Shown in pieces: positions 1-13,800 of a stretch of DNA of 64,000 nucleotides. Origin of the DNA: Macrostomum hystrix. Lineage: Eukaryota > Animalia > Platyhelminthes. Numbering within the stretch: position 1 is the first letter of the stretch; every line of letters begins with the position of its first letter. The DNA is taken from contig CATNEN010000039.1 in NCBI GenBank assembly GCA_950097015.1, positions 18,228,001-18,292,000 of the forward strand. Direction: 5' to 3'. The notes under the pieces are model-generated. The model ran no database searches, was not told where the DNA came from, and was given only the letters and a program-made list of their open reading frames with translations. The position numbers and the translations under genes are program-made.

Positions 1-1199
1 GACCCATCAAAGATCAAAAGACCAACTAGCCATCACAAAAAGACCGAATGCTATCAAATTTGCAAAAAAATCTGAATAACATCTATACGACTATATATAA
101 GCAGATAGGGCCTAACTAAATTTTTGTAGAACAGGATAGGTTGTAATTGCTAGCTATCTAACAAATAAAAATAATAATCATGAAAAAATTGGCCTTAAAG
201 CAAACAAGTGCCACTGTTAGCAATAATGCACAAAGTTATTGCTTATTTGCCTATTTTAATAAGATGACTAAAATGTAAAAAAATACTAAGTATTGTTTTT
301 TTATTCATTTAGACTTGATATTATTAATAATATAGTAACGTTACTTAACTGACATTTAAATCAAGAAACATAACAATAGGGTTAATAATAAAACTACTTT
401 TATAATATATTTTAAAATATTTCTGCCAGAGCTCTATATCATATTTAAGACATCTCACATGTGAATAATTTGCAAGTTCCAAGCTAATAAATATGACAAA
501 AATGGTATATAAATATAACAGCGACAGTCGATTGCAAATGGCCTGTAAAGGGCAATGTGTATCATATGCTTCTTTCGTAAGTTTTTGTGTTGTGTAGATA
601 TTTCTAAGAAATATAAACTTTTAATTTAGGCAATGTAGTACATGGAGCACATAATATTGTACTGCTTTAATACCCTCAAAACGTGCTATTTTTTACCACA
701 CATTTTATAAGACTACGGAACATTGTCTTGAGTAATTTTTCATTTGTTTAATATTTTTGTTGTAACTAGACAAAATTCGTTTTAAGTTTGAACACGAAGT
801 CCGACGGGCATTTATCAGATTTATCAGATATGGTAGACACATATTCCAAGTGGTCCTTGCTCAAAAGATGAGAATTTGTTGTACTTTTAGAAAAATTAAG
901 AGGCCCATCAGTACTAAGAGCTCTGCAGCCGCACATTGTTACAGACTTTCATCACTTCGTACTTTATTATCCATGTCAGCTAGGCTTGATTTGTAAATGT
1001 CTGGCCCAGAGAGATTCTGAGTAGCTAAATTATAATTTGATAAGCTTTTCTGGTGGCCCAAGCTGCTTTAAAGAACAGTGCGGCTGAGGTGCGGTCAGTT
1101 TTTATTAGTTCATAAATCACGGATGAAAACTTCAGGGTGATCTGGACACCAACCATGCGCTCGATCGAACGTCTTCATCAAGTAGTTATGCATCAGAGG

Positions 1200-1890
1200 G
1201 TAGACTGCAGCTGCGCTTTGAAATTACGATCGTGTGGCCCACAATGAGCCAATTAAGGCTCAGGGCGCAGTCGGAGGTGCGATGTATGTCGGATTGAAAC
1301 AGTGGCAGCTGGAGGTGCACCATATGCACCACCTTCGGGTCTGTCCTTCTGCCGATCCTGATTAGCAGAACTGGCAATTGAGGAGCCCGCGAACGTCGAC
1401 TTCCAACTGCAGCACGCTGCTCTGCCCGAAGGTTTTCTGGTCAAGGATGTTCAGGTAAGTTTTAGAGTCAAATGTTTATTTGGGTTATTGCATTATTAAT
1501 GTTATAGTAAACATGATTGTCTTTTATTGCATCTTCCAAAGCAACCAGGCAGGCGACACTTGCTGTTTGCAACTTAGCTAATGCTCACTCTGCTGTGCCA
1601 AGCTGATGCATGGTACATGGATGGCACTCTTTACGTTTTGAACGCACCGTTTGCACAGCTGTTATTAGCATCCATGTCTTAATTAGCGGCCCACAAGCGA
1701 CAATAAGAAGCAGGTCCCGCGGTCCTATTCGCAACGTCCAGGTGGCAGCGCGAAGACTCGCAGTCTTGTGTCACACGCACAACCTACGACTTTTGTCATG
1801 GACTTCGAGGCCGCTGCTCGGCGGGCCGTGAGGCAAATTAACTGTTTCCGCACGCTCAACTTAGTGGCTGCGCTTTCCACTATACGCAGG
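1200..1890 (+). pseudogene. Degenerate Mutator/MULE transposase relic
   Basis: Manual translation across a stop and frameshifts gives RRHLLFAT*LMLTLLCQADAWYMDGTLYVLNAPFAQL..SIHV (about 1551-1678), then QPTTFVMDFEAAARRAVRQ..LFPHAQLSGCAFHYTQ (about 1780-1889). These match the MULE WYxDGTF, DFE and GCxFH motifs. Boundaries are approximate. Confidence 0.8.
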
Positions 1891-3788
1891 TGCGTGTTGT
1901 AGTAACAAATCGTTTTATCATTGTAACGTAATTGAGACTTTTACGAATTACGTAATGGCTTTCAGGCCATCTACTGCCACATTATTCTGCAAAGTACCGG
2001 ACTACAAAATTTGTACGTTACCGACTTCGAAGTACAGCTGTTGCCGCAAACTAATGTCGCTGCCGTTTCTTCCACGCGAAAATTAAATTATCGGTGAATT
2101 ATTATCGCCGGCGGGACCTGCAGTACCAGCGCTATTGGGCCGAATATTCTCTGGAGAGCGGACCGCAGAAAAATTGTTAGAATTGTGCAGCCTGCCGAAT
2201 GTCCCCTTGAGTTTTTAATCAATATGTAATTTAGCATGCACATTTTAACAGAATTTTACCGTACAGTACTCATTACATACATATGGTATGTAAGCTCTCG
2301 ATGAGGCTCTCAATTAATGTTTATATGCGTTTTTAAATTTGCGTGATGAAAAATACATTTCGATCAAATTGCTCGCTCACAAAAAAATTATGCGTCGATC
2401 CGCTTGTATCCAAGTGAAAACAGAAGTTCGGAAAGGAGAATTACTTTTTACTTATACAACGACGCTGTCAGTCCGAGGACACTCCCGGGCATCTGCAACT
2501 CCCAATTTATAAAGGCGGAGATCGAATATTATTACGCGAATAATAATATAATAATACTCAAACAAAAACGAATAAATGTCCAAAGAATAAGTCACTGATA
2601 AATTAGTCATGTTAAATGAAACTCTCGATCAAAATAATACATTGCAGAACCCTATTCGCCGTCGCCGAATTGACTGTCGCTGAAATAGATAAAAGCTATT
2701 TATATTCAGCCCTTAAATATTTTTCTACGAACAATTACAGTATAACAAAATAAAACAGAATAAAGGTTATCTCTTGTCCAACTTAACAAAACAGAAAAGG
2801 AATATAAGTTATAATATTAAACTAATAAAATATTTTTTTCAATAAAATTACTTTGATACGATAGGATCTTCTAGAAATTTCGTCATGTGTTCGTTCATGA
2901 GTTATAAATAATTGTTTTATTATTATAAAATGATTGCTTTGTATTTTTTGTCTTTGTAGCCTAACACAGTTAAAAAATTAAATATATAATCTATATCTAA
3001 TGACTAGCGGCTTATATTATCTATATCAAATATCAAATATATATTAAATATATATATATATATAACTGGCGAAGCCTACACCATTATGCACGCTGCACTG
3101 TAATCTAAGTAGGCCCCTAGCAAAATGTTAAAGTTTGTTGTCTTTTGTAAAATGATTAGGCCAACATGCAAAACTGGAAGATTGCTGCTATTGTAGTGTG
3201 CAAAAAGTTTCGCCTTTTTGTTTGTAGTTTTGGATCAATATTCTTTCTTTTTGAAAGTTGCATTAAAATGATTGCTTTTCAAGACTTATAATATATCAGC
3301 ATTTGTCCACTACACAGTTCTTTTGCTTGAAGCAATATGTTTATAGCACAGCAGACCAATTTCAAATGTGATTTGCAACCCAATATTATGTATCAAAGAA
3401 TGAACATCATTTGAAATATTACTGTATATTTCATATTTCATGTTTAGGCCTATAATATTTAAACTACACATTCAATTGTTAAAGCCCATAAATGGAAATA
3501 GAGCTACCCACTGTGCCTGATTGCATGTGATTGCCAGATTGGATACAAGCAAGTATTATATGAGGCTATTTATCAAGAAATAATTAAGTTCAATTCTGAT
3601 GTCCATGCACACAGCTTACTGTTCTAGGCTAGGCTCACTACTGTATTAATTATAGGCTGTAGGCTTATGATGGGAAATTTTTTTGGTTGATTTTAGGCCT
3701 TATGACTTTCAACTTTGCTTGCCTATTCATTTACATTGAGCAATGAGCATAGTGCAACCATGTAGTATTTATAACCATTTAAAATAAT

Positions 3789-4426
3789 GGCAGTGCTTAT
3801 CCCCACGGTACCGTGGGAATAATTTCCTGCTTATCCGCACGGCACACTGACAAGATAGCTGTCCTATCTTCAACATATTCCGTGGGCACTGTCAGACATT
3901 TTTTATGGACCTATTTTAACTTGGCCTAGAATAAAGTAATAGACTGGATTATAGACTTAAAAGGCTTGAGCTAGGCCCTATAAGATTAGAAAAATACAAA
4001 CTTCAGTTGTATTCTTTTGAATATATAAATAATAGAAATATATATTTTATATACTTACAAAAACCACCGTATTGGTTAACTAATTGCGAAAAAGCAGAAA
4101 ACTTTAATTTGTTTACTTGCTTTTAAAAACCGGAAGAAAAAAAGGAAAATTGCAGTCATGATAAAAAGATAGATGATAGGACAGCTATCTCGTCAGTGTG
4201 CCGTGCGGATAAGCAGGAAATTATTCCCACGGAATATGTTGAAGATAGGACAGCTATCTCGTCAGTGTGCCATGCGGATAAGCAGGAAATTATTCCCACG
4301 GAATATGTTGAAGATAGGACAGCTATCTCGTCAGTGTGCCGTGCGGATAAGCAGGAAATTATTCCCACGGTACCGTAGGAATAAGACAAAAATTATTCCT
4401 ACGGTACCGTGGGGATAAGCACTGCC
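3789..4426. mobile_element. Non-autonomous foldback/MULE-like element with 9-bp TSD
   Basis: Ends GGCAGTGCTTATCCCCACGGTACCGT and ACGGTACCGTGGGGATAAGCACTGCC are inverted repeats. Direct repeat TAAAATAAT at 3780-3788 and 4427-4435. The right arm has three copies of a 69-bp unit. Confidence 0.9.
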
Positions 4427-4487
4427 TAAAATAATATATGACAAATGACACAAACTACTATATGTCCACTTGAAATGACATCAATTC

Positions 4488-4985
4488 AGCTTAGAAACTT
4501 TGTCTGACTCGGAATTTTCTGACACTTATTCCGACAGTTAATGTGTTATACATTACCTGTCGGAATATTCCGACAGTTATTCCGACTCAAAAGTCTGTTT
4601 GTTTCAATACGCTCTCAGACAGTTATTCCGACTCGAAATTACATGCATACATCTAATAAGCTCTCAGACAGTTATTCCGACTCAAATTTAACTGTCGGAA
4701 TATTCTGACTCGAAAGTCTGTTTGTTTAAATACGCTCTCAGACAGTTATTCCAACTCAAAATTACATGCATACATCTAATAATAATGTCTCAGACAGTTA
4801 TTCTGACTCGAATTTAACTGTTGGAATATTCCGACTCGAAAGTCAGTTTGTTTAAATACGCTCTCAGACAGTTATTCCGGCGCGACTTGAATTTAACTGT
4901 CGGAATATTCTGGCAGGTAATGTATAACACATTAACTGTCGGAATAAGTGTCGGAATATTCCGAGTCGGACAAAGTTTCTAAGCT
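4488..4985. mobile_element. Second MULE-like MITE with long TIRs and 9-bp TSD
   Basis: Ends AGCTTAGAAACTTTGTC and GACAAAGTTTCTAAGCT, about 90 bp imperfect TIRs. TSD CATCAATTC at 4479-4487 and 4986-4994. Internal repeats of CAGACAGTTATTCCGACTC. Confidence 0.9.
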
Positions 4986-5699
4986 CATCAATTCATCCAT
5001 GTGACTAAGAGAAAGCTAAAACTCTAAACAAAACCATTTCAATATAGTTAAACAAAGCATTTAAGGTTTAATGTGCTAAGGAAATTAGAAAACAAAATGG
5101 GTCAAAAAGCAAAAATAAATTATCTATTTTCTTGTATATTTGTAATTGTATGTTTTTGTTCTTGTCATATTTTTGTACTCTGTCCTATTGCATTTTAAGG
5201 TTTTATTTACATTTGTTAAGAAGCATAGTTAAATATTTCTATTAACCTGCATTAGTTTCAGTTTGTAGAATATTAGTATGGCTATTTTAAGTCCTCCTAT
5301 TGAATGCCTTAAAATCCAGAATGAAAAAGTGACCAATATAGTTTTTACTATTGCTAGGCCTAGCAAGCACTTAGGCTTGCATCATTACAAAAAGTAATCT
5401 ATCAATCTAATATCCTTGTGATCTTGTATGTATCTGCAAGCCTACAGCTAAGGAAAACTTCATCCCCCTAGCTCCCCAGTTGAGTGCTGCCTATACCAAA
5501 ACCCCCAAAGGAATGACAAAGGAGAGACATAAAACTCACCTTATGTAGCACAAAATTGATGGAATGGTATAAAGTTTTATGCTGGATAGAATTAGTATAG
5601 AAAGAGGTTGAAATGTATATAGTATAGAGTTATCTGCATACATGTGCAACCTCCCAAATCTTAGCCAGCCGTGCGACTTAGTTTTTGCTCTATTTATGA

Positions 5700-5812
5700 C
5701 TAAGACTTAGTTTGCTCTATTTTTCTCTCCCCCTTTTCCTCTTCTTTATGCCTTCCTTTTTTGTCCCTTGGTCCCCCCTTTGATTTTTTGCACTTGGTTG
5801 ATTGGTTTTTGC
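5700..5812. repeat. Dispersed repeat, inverted copy at about 39520-39640
   Basis: TTTTCTCTCCCCCTTTTCC...TTTTGTCCCTTGGTCCCC...TTGGTTGATTGGTTTTTGC is the reverse complement of about 39520-39640. Confidence 0.6.
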
Positions 5813-6307
5813 AATTTACCTTGCTTGGCCCTTGTTTCACCCGGCCGGTTCAGCCGGGTCCGCCGGGTGTTGCGCATGTATGGTTATCCGTAGGGTAGGC
5901 TCTGTAGGTAAAGAAAATGAATAAATATGAATTGGGTAGGGCACACTTAATTGGCTTAATATGGTCTTTTCCCAAACCAAATTACCAAAATTAACAAATA
6001 CTATTACCAATTATAAAAACTACCAAATTTGTAAGTAGACTGAAAAATTAAACTTTTTATTTTCCCTCACTATTTGATAAGTATGTGAATTTTTAGAAAT
6101 TTTAGCTCATTTAGCTCAACTTTTGATAAGACTATCCGAATTTTATATTGCTCATAGAATTCTTGATATGTTGACAGAAACAGTAAGTTGACTTTAAAAA
6201 TAATGTTTACAGGGCAAGCTATGAACAAGGGGAAACATTTGTTGAATTTAGTTATTGTCCAGCTAGAGTAGATTGTCCAGAAGTTGACACCCCTGTCCCT
6301 GTTGCAG

Positions 6308-9300
6308 TATTCCTTGAAGCTACTCAGCTCGGTCAGCAGTCAGCGCCTGCTGGTGCTGGCCCCATCGATTGGTCGCAACTTGGCCACCCGGGCCACTGGT
6401 CGGACAGGTTTCACCGGCCGGACTGGCAACATCAGCGCCCAGCAGCCGTCTGGCTCAGCCGCCAGGCAGTCCTTAGGCGAGCGCATCGCCGGCGCGTCGA
6501 TCAGCGTCGGTCAAGGCGCCGCCATGGGCGCGGCAGCTCTGGGCCTCGGCGCACTGTGCTGGTACGGCGCCGGCCTAAACAGTCAGCCTAGCGCCCTGGA
6601 TAAAAGCGTGGGCTGGCCAGTCTACGCTAGGCAGAGAATAAGAGACACGTATGCCTACCTGGGCCTTGGTGTGGCCGGGACCGCCGCATCCACCGTGGCC
6701 GCTTTCCGTTCTCAACGACTAATGCGGCTGCTGCACGGCGGCGGTTGGGTGTCGATTATTTTGAGCGCAGCCGCCTGTATTGGAAGCTGCGTGGCTGTTC
6801 AGGTGAGTCACGTGCGCCTCGCCTTGATCTTTGAGACGCTGCTGTGAGATCTCATTCGTTGGTTTTTTAAGCGAGGTATTCAATATCTCAATTTTATTAA
6901 CCTAATTCTGTGACGGACGCTAATTTATTTAATATTTCTTTTACTGAAAGCGATAATCCCAATATAGTTATCCTTCAATCGCTGCTGTTAATCCCATGTA
7001 TTGATCCGATAATTCTATCTATTGATCGTCTACTGATCCTTCGATAATCCAGCCTTTAGCGATAATCCCATCTATTGATCCATTATTCGTAGCCGATAAT
7101 CCCATCTATTGATCCATTATTAGTAGCCGATAATCCCATCTATTGATCAATAATTAGTAGGCGATAATCCTTTCTATTGATCCAATCTTAGTAGCCGATA
7201 ATCCTTTCTATTGATTCATTATTAGTAGCCGATAATCCCATCTATTGATCCATTATTAATAGCTGATTATCCCATCTATTGATTCATTATTAGTAGCCGA
7301 TAATCCCATCTATTGATCAATAATTAGTAGGCGATAATCCTTTCTATTGATCCAATCTTAGTAGCCGATAATCCTTTCTATTGATTCATTATTAGTAGCC
7401 GATAATCCTTTCTATTGCTTCATTATTAGTAGCCGATAATCCCATCTATTGATCCATTATTAATAGCTGATTATCCCATCTATTGATTCATTATTAGTAG
7501 CCGATAATCCCATCTATTGATCAATAATTAGTAGGCGATAATCCTTTCTATTGATCCAATCTTAGTAGCCGATAATCCTTTCTATTGATTCATTATTCGT
7601 AGCCGATAATCCCATCTATTGATCCATTATTAGTAGCTGATTATCCCATCTATTGATTCATTATTAGTAGCCAGTAATCCCATCTATTGATCCAATCTTA
7701 GTAGCCGATAATCCTTTCTATTGATTCATTATTAGTAGCCGATAATCCCATCTATTGATTCATTTTAGTAGCCGATAATCCCATCTATTGATTTATTTTT
7801 AGTAGCCCATAATCCCATCTATTGATTCATTATTAGTAGCCGATAATCCCATCTATTGATTCATTTTAGTAGCCGATAATCCCATCTATTGATTTATTTT
7901 TAGTAGCCCATAATCCCATCTATTGATTCATTATTAGTAGCCGATAATCCCATCTATTGATTTATTTTTAGTAGCCCATAATCCCATCTATTGATTCATT
8001 ATTAGTAGCCGATAATCCCATCTATTGATTCATTTTAGTAGCCGATAATCCCATCTATTGATTTATTTTTAGTAGCCCATAATCCCATCTATTGATTCAT
8101 TATTAGTAGCCGATAATCCCATCTATTGATTTATTTTTAGTAGCCCATAATCCCATCTATTGATTCATTTTAGTAGCCGATAATCCCATCTATTGATTTA
8201 TTTTTAGTAGCCCATAATCCCATCTATTGATTCATTATTAGTAGCCGATAATCCCATCTATTGATTCATTTTAGTAGCCAGTAATCCCATCTATTGATTT
8301 ATTTTTAGTAGCCCATAATCCCATCTATTGATTCATTTTAGTAGCCAGTAATCCCATCTATTGATTCATTTTAGTAGCCCATAATCCCATCTATTGATTC
8401 ATTTTAGTAGCCCATAATCCCATCTATTGATTCATTTTTAGTAGCCGATAATCCCATCTATTGATTCATTTTAGTAGCCAGTAATCCCATCTATTGATTC
8501 ATTTTAGTAGCCAGTAATCCCATCTATTGATTTATTTTTAGTAGCCCATAATCCCATCTATTGATTCATTTTAGTAGCCCATAATCCCATATATTGATTC
8601 ATTTTAGTAGCCCATAATCCCATCTATTGATTCATTTTAGTAGCCAGTAATCCCATCTATTGATTCAGTTTTAGTAGCCAGTAATCCCATCTATTGATTC
8701 AGTTTTAGTAGCCAGTAATCCCATCTATTGATTCATTTTAGTAGCCCATAATCCCATCTATTGATTCAGTTTTAGTAGCCAGTAATCCCATCTATTGATT
8801 CATTTTTAGTAGCCAGTAATCCCATCTATTGATTCATTTTTAGTAGCCAGTAATCCCATCTATTGATTCATTTTTAGTAGCCGATAATCCCATCTATTGA
8901 TTTATTTTTAGTGGCCGATAATCCCATCTATTGATTTATTTTTAGTAGCCGATAATCCCATCTATTGATTCATTATTAGTAGCCAGTAATCCCATCTATT
9001 GATTCAGTTTTAGTAGCCAGTAATCCCATCTATTGATTCAGTTTTAGTAGCCAGTAATCCCATCTATTGATTCATTTTTAGTAGCCAGTAATCCCATCTA
9101 TTGATCCAATCTTAGTAGCCCATAATCCCATCTATTGATTCATTTTAGTAGCCAGTAATCCCATCTATTGATTTATTTTTAGTAGCCGATAATCCCATCT
9201 ATTGATTCATTATTAGTAGCCAGTAATCCCATCTATTGATTCAGTTTTAGTAGCCAGTAATCCCATCTATTGATTCATTTTTAGTAGCCAGTAATCCCAT

Positions 9301-10340
9301 CTATTGATTCATTTTTAGTAGCCGATAATCCCATCTATTGATTTATTTTTAGTAGCCGATAATCCCATCTATTGATTTATTTTTAGTAGCCCATAATCCC
9401 ATCTATTGATTCATTTTAGTAGCCAGTAATCCCATCTATTGATTCATTTTTAGTAGCCGATAATCCCATCTATTGATTTATTTTTAGTAGCCGATAATCC
9501 CATCTATTGATTTATTTTTAGTAGCCCATAATCCCATCTATTGATTCATTATTAGTAGCCCATAATCCAATCTATTGATCCATTAATCATTTAATCTTAG
9601 CCGATAATCCCATCCGTTAATCCCTTTGTGGTTGCCGGTAATCCTATCCGTTAATCCCTTTATGGTTGTCGATAATCCTATATATTTATCCTTAAATCGC
9701 AGGTGATAAAAGTCTAAATGACTGATCCGTTGATCATGTCCGATTATCCCAGTTTTATTATTAAATTGTAGCCGATAATCCTATTTCTAGTTCAATCTTA
9801 GAAACAATATTAAAGCTTTCACTCATCCCTATAGCAATGTGGCAAATCCCACAGGCTCTGCCGTACCAGCCGGGTTTCGGCGCCAAGCAGGTCGCCTTCC
9901 TCGGCTTCTCCGGCCTAATGGGCTGCTTCCTGGCGCCCGTCTGCTTCATGGGCGGTCCGTTGGTACTGCGTGCCGCTCTGTACACTGGCGGCATCTTCGG
10001 AGGCCTAACAGCCGTAGCCGCATGCGCTCCGGATAAGAAATTTCTCACCTGGGGCGGACCATTGTCCATCGGCCTTGGCGTTGTGTTTGTGAGCAGTCTC
10101 GGCTCGGCCTTCCTTGGACCAGCATCGGCAGCCGGAGTGACTCTGTACTCTGTGGCTACCTACGGCGGCCTGGTTCTATTCAGCGGCTTCCTACTCTACG
10201 ACACCCAACTAGTAGCCGACAGGGCTGTTAATGTGGCGCATTACGATCCAGTCAATCAGGCTGTCCACGTGTACATGGATGTGCTGAATATTTTTGTTCG
10301 AGTTGTGAGCATTCTATCTGGTAGCGGTCGAAAGAAGTAA
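6308..10340 (+). CDS. GHITM: Growth hormone-inducible transmembrane protein (GHITM/MICS1/TMBIM5, Bax inhibitor-1 family)
   Basis: Exons 6308-6802 and 9855-10340, phase 0 (cag|gtgagt ... acag|gct). Family motifs WP.Y.RQRIRDTYAY, ACAPDKKFLTWGGPL, YGGLVLFSGFLLYDTQ, YDPVN, YMDVLNIFVR and C-terminal GRKK. The start codon is unresolved. Confidence 0.93.
7040..9610. repeat. Minisatellite, about 33-35 bp unit (TAGTAGCCGATAATCCCATCTATTGATTCATTAT), in the GHITM intron
   Basis: Tandem array with variant units and degenerate edges. Confidence 0.97.
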
Positions 10341-10862
10341 AACAACTGCTAACAAATGCGTCATCCAGAAATTAGAAGAAAAACATGTCTTCTTATGGAG
10401 CACTGCATTCTACTAACACTAGTAGTATAAAGTGCATTGAAATTCGACATTAAATCATTGATTTTTCTCTGCCTTTTCTGTTTATTCAGCAGATAACTAT
10501 CAGTCACTCGTTTCTCACTGCTAGAAACAAGTAACAGGCAGTCTGGGAGAACTGGTGTTTTTTTCTCATTTTCTGTATTTCTAGACAAGCTCGTATTGTA
10601 CAAGAAGTCGGCAGACCAGAATTTTCGTTGTTTTCTAATCGCCGAGTTTATAAATAACTTTTCCGCGAAACTAAAATGCTGAATAAATTTTCCGTTACTT
10701 GCTCTCCTTCGAAAATTTGTGCGGCTTTTGTCAAACGCAACACTTGAAATCCAAACTGATACAGCTTCAGCAACTTTTCCTGCATTTGTTTTGTAACTGC
10801 ACACTTTGCCCAGATTGCAGGATAAAGTGAATGCAGCCACTCGGCCGCTCTGTGTATAACTG

Positions 10863-13800
10863 TCTGCTGTTACACACAGAATCAGTAACCTGCTGTTACA
10901 CACAGAATCAGCAGCCTGCTGTTACACACAGAATCAGCAGCCTGCTGTTACACACAGAATCAGCAGCCTGCTGTTACACACAGAATCAGCAGCCTGCTGT
11001 TACACACAGAATCAGCAGCCTGCTGTTACACACAGAATCAGCAGCCTGCTGTTACACACAGAATCAGTAACCTGCTGTTACACACAGAATCAGCAACCTG
11101 CTGTTACACACAGAATCAGCAGCCTGCTGTTACACACAGAATCAGCAGCCTGCTGTTACACACAGAATCAGCAGCCTGCTGATACACACAGAATCAGCAG
11201 CCTGCTGTTACACACAGAATCAGCAGCCTGCAGTTACACACAGAATCAGCAGCCTGCAGTTACACACAGAATCAGCAGCCTGCTGTTACACACAGAATCA
11301 GCAGCCTGCTGTTACACACAGAATCAGCAGCCTGCTGTTACACGCAGAATCAGCAGCCTGCTGTTACACACAGAATCAGCAGCCTGCTGTTACACACAGA
11401 ATCAGCAGCCTGCTGTTACACACAGAATCAGCAGCCTGCTGTTACACACAGAATCAGCAGCCTGCTGTTACACACAGAATCAGCAGCCTGCTGTTACACA
11501 CAGAATCAGCAGCCTGCTGTTACACACAGAATCAGCAGCCTGCTGTTACACACAGAATCAGCAGCCTGCTGTTACACACAGAATCAGCAGCCTGCTGTTA
11601 CACACAGAATCAGCAGCCTGCAGTTACACACAGAATCAGCAGCCTGCTGATACACACAGAATCAGCAGCCTGCTGTTACACACAGAATCAGCAGCCTGCT
11701 GTTACACACAGAATCAGCAGCCTGCTGTTACACACAGAATCAGCAGCCTGCTGTTACACACAGAATCAGCAGCCTGCTGTTACACACAGAATCAGCAGCC
11801 TGCTGTTACACACAGAATCAGCAGCCTGCTGTTACACACAGAATCAGCAGCCTGCTGTTACACACAGAATCAGCAGCCTGCTGTTACACACAGAATCAGC
11901 AGCCTGCTGTTACACACAGAATCAGCAGCCTGCTGTTACACACAGAATCAGCAGCCTGCTGTTACACACAGAATCAGCAGCCTGCTGTTACACACAGAAT
12001 CAGCAGCCTGCTGTTACACACAGAATCAGCAGCCTGCTGTTACACACAGAATCAGCAGCCTGCTGTTACACACAGAATCAGCAGCCTGCTGTTACACACA
12101 GAATCAGCAGCCTGCTGTTACACACAGAATCAGCAGCCTGCTGTTACACACAGAATCAGCAGCCTGCTGTTACACACAGAATCAGCAGCCTGCTGTTACA
12201 CACAGAATCAGCAGCCTGCTGTTACACACAGAATCAGCAGCCTGCTGTTACACACAGAATCAGCAGCCTGCTGTTACACACAGAATCAGCAGCCTGCTGT
12301 TACACACAGAATCAGCAGCCTGCTGTTACACACAGAATCAGCAGCCTGCTGTTACACACAGAATCAGCAGCCTGCTGTTACACACAGAATCAGCAGCCTG
12401 CTGTTACACACAGAATCAGCAGCCTGCTGTTACACACAGAATCAGCAGCCTGCTGTTACACACAGAATCAGCAGCCTGCTGTTACACACAGAATCAGCAG
12501 CCTGCTGTTACACACAGAATCAGCAGCCTGCTGTTACACACAGAATCAGCAGCCTGCTGTTACACACAGAATCAGCAGCCTGCTGTTACACACAGAATCA
12601 GCAACCTGCTGTTACACACAGAATCAGCAGCCTGCTGTTACACACAGAATCAGCATCCTGCTGTTACACACAGAATCAGCAGCCTGCTGTTACACACAGA
12701 ATCAGCAGCCTGCTGTTACACACAGAATCAGCAGCCTGCTGTTACACACAGAATCGGCAGCCTGCTGTTACACACAGAATCAGCAGCCTGCTGTTACACA
12801 CAGAATCAGCAGCCTGCTGTTACACACATAATCAGCAGCCTGCTGTTACACACAGAATCAGCAGCCTGCTGTTACACACAGAATCAGCATCCTGCTGTTA
12901 CACACAGAATCAGCAGCCTGCTGTTACACACAGAATCAGCAGCCTGCTGTTACACACAGAATCAGCAGCCTGCTGTTACACACAGAATCAGCAGCCTGCT
13001 GTTACACACAGAATCAGCAGCCTGCTGTTACACACAGAATCAGCAGCCTGCTGTTACACACAGAATCAGCAGCCTGCTGTTACACACAGAATCAGCAGCC
13101 TGCTGTTACACACAGAATCAGCAGCCTGCTGTTACACACAGAATCAGCAGCCTGCTGTTACACACAGAATCAGCAGCCTGCTGTTACACACAGAATCAGC
13201 AGCCTGCTGTTACACACAGAATCAGCAGCCTGCTGTTACACACAGAATCAGCAGCCTGCTGTTACACACAGAATCAGCAGCCTGCTGTTACACACAGAAT
13301 CAGCAGCCTGCTGTTACACACAGAATCAGCAGCCTGCTGTTACACACAGAATCAGCAGCCTGCTGTTACACACAGAATCAGCAGCCTGCTGTTACACACA
13401 GAATCAGCAGCCTGCTGTTACACACAGAATCAGCAGCCTGCTGTTACACACAGAATCAGCAGCCTGCTGTTACACACAGAATCAGCAGCCTGCTGTTACA
13501 CACAGAATCAGCAGCCTGCTGTTACACACAGAATCAGCAGCCTGCTGTTACACACAGAATCAGCAGCCTGCTGTTACACACAGAATCAGCAGCCTGCTGT
13601 TACACACAGAATCAGCAGCCTGCTGTTACACACAGAATCAGCAGCCTGCTGTTACACACAGAATCAGCAGCCTGCTGTTACACACATCAGCAGCGCTGTT
13701 ACACCAATCAGCAGCCTGCTGTTACACACCGAATCAGCAGCCTGCTGTTACACACAGAATCAGCAGCCTGCTGTTACACACAGAATCAGCAGCCTGCGTT

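Noticed and set aside
10361-10903. 180-aa antisense ORF downstream of GHITM
   Set aside because: AT-rich, starts inside the minisatellite and has no recognisable motif.
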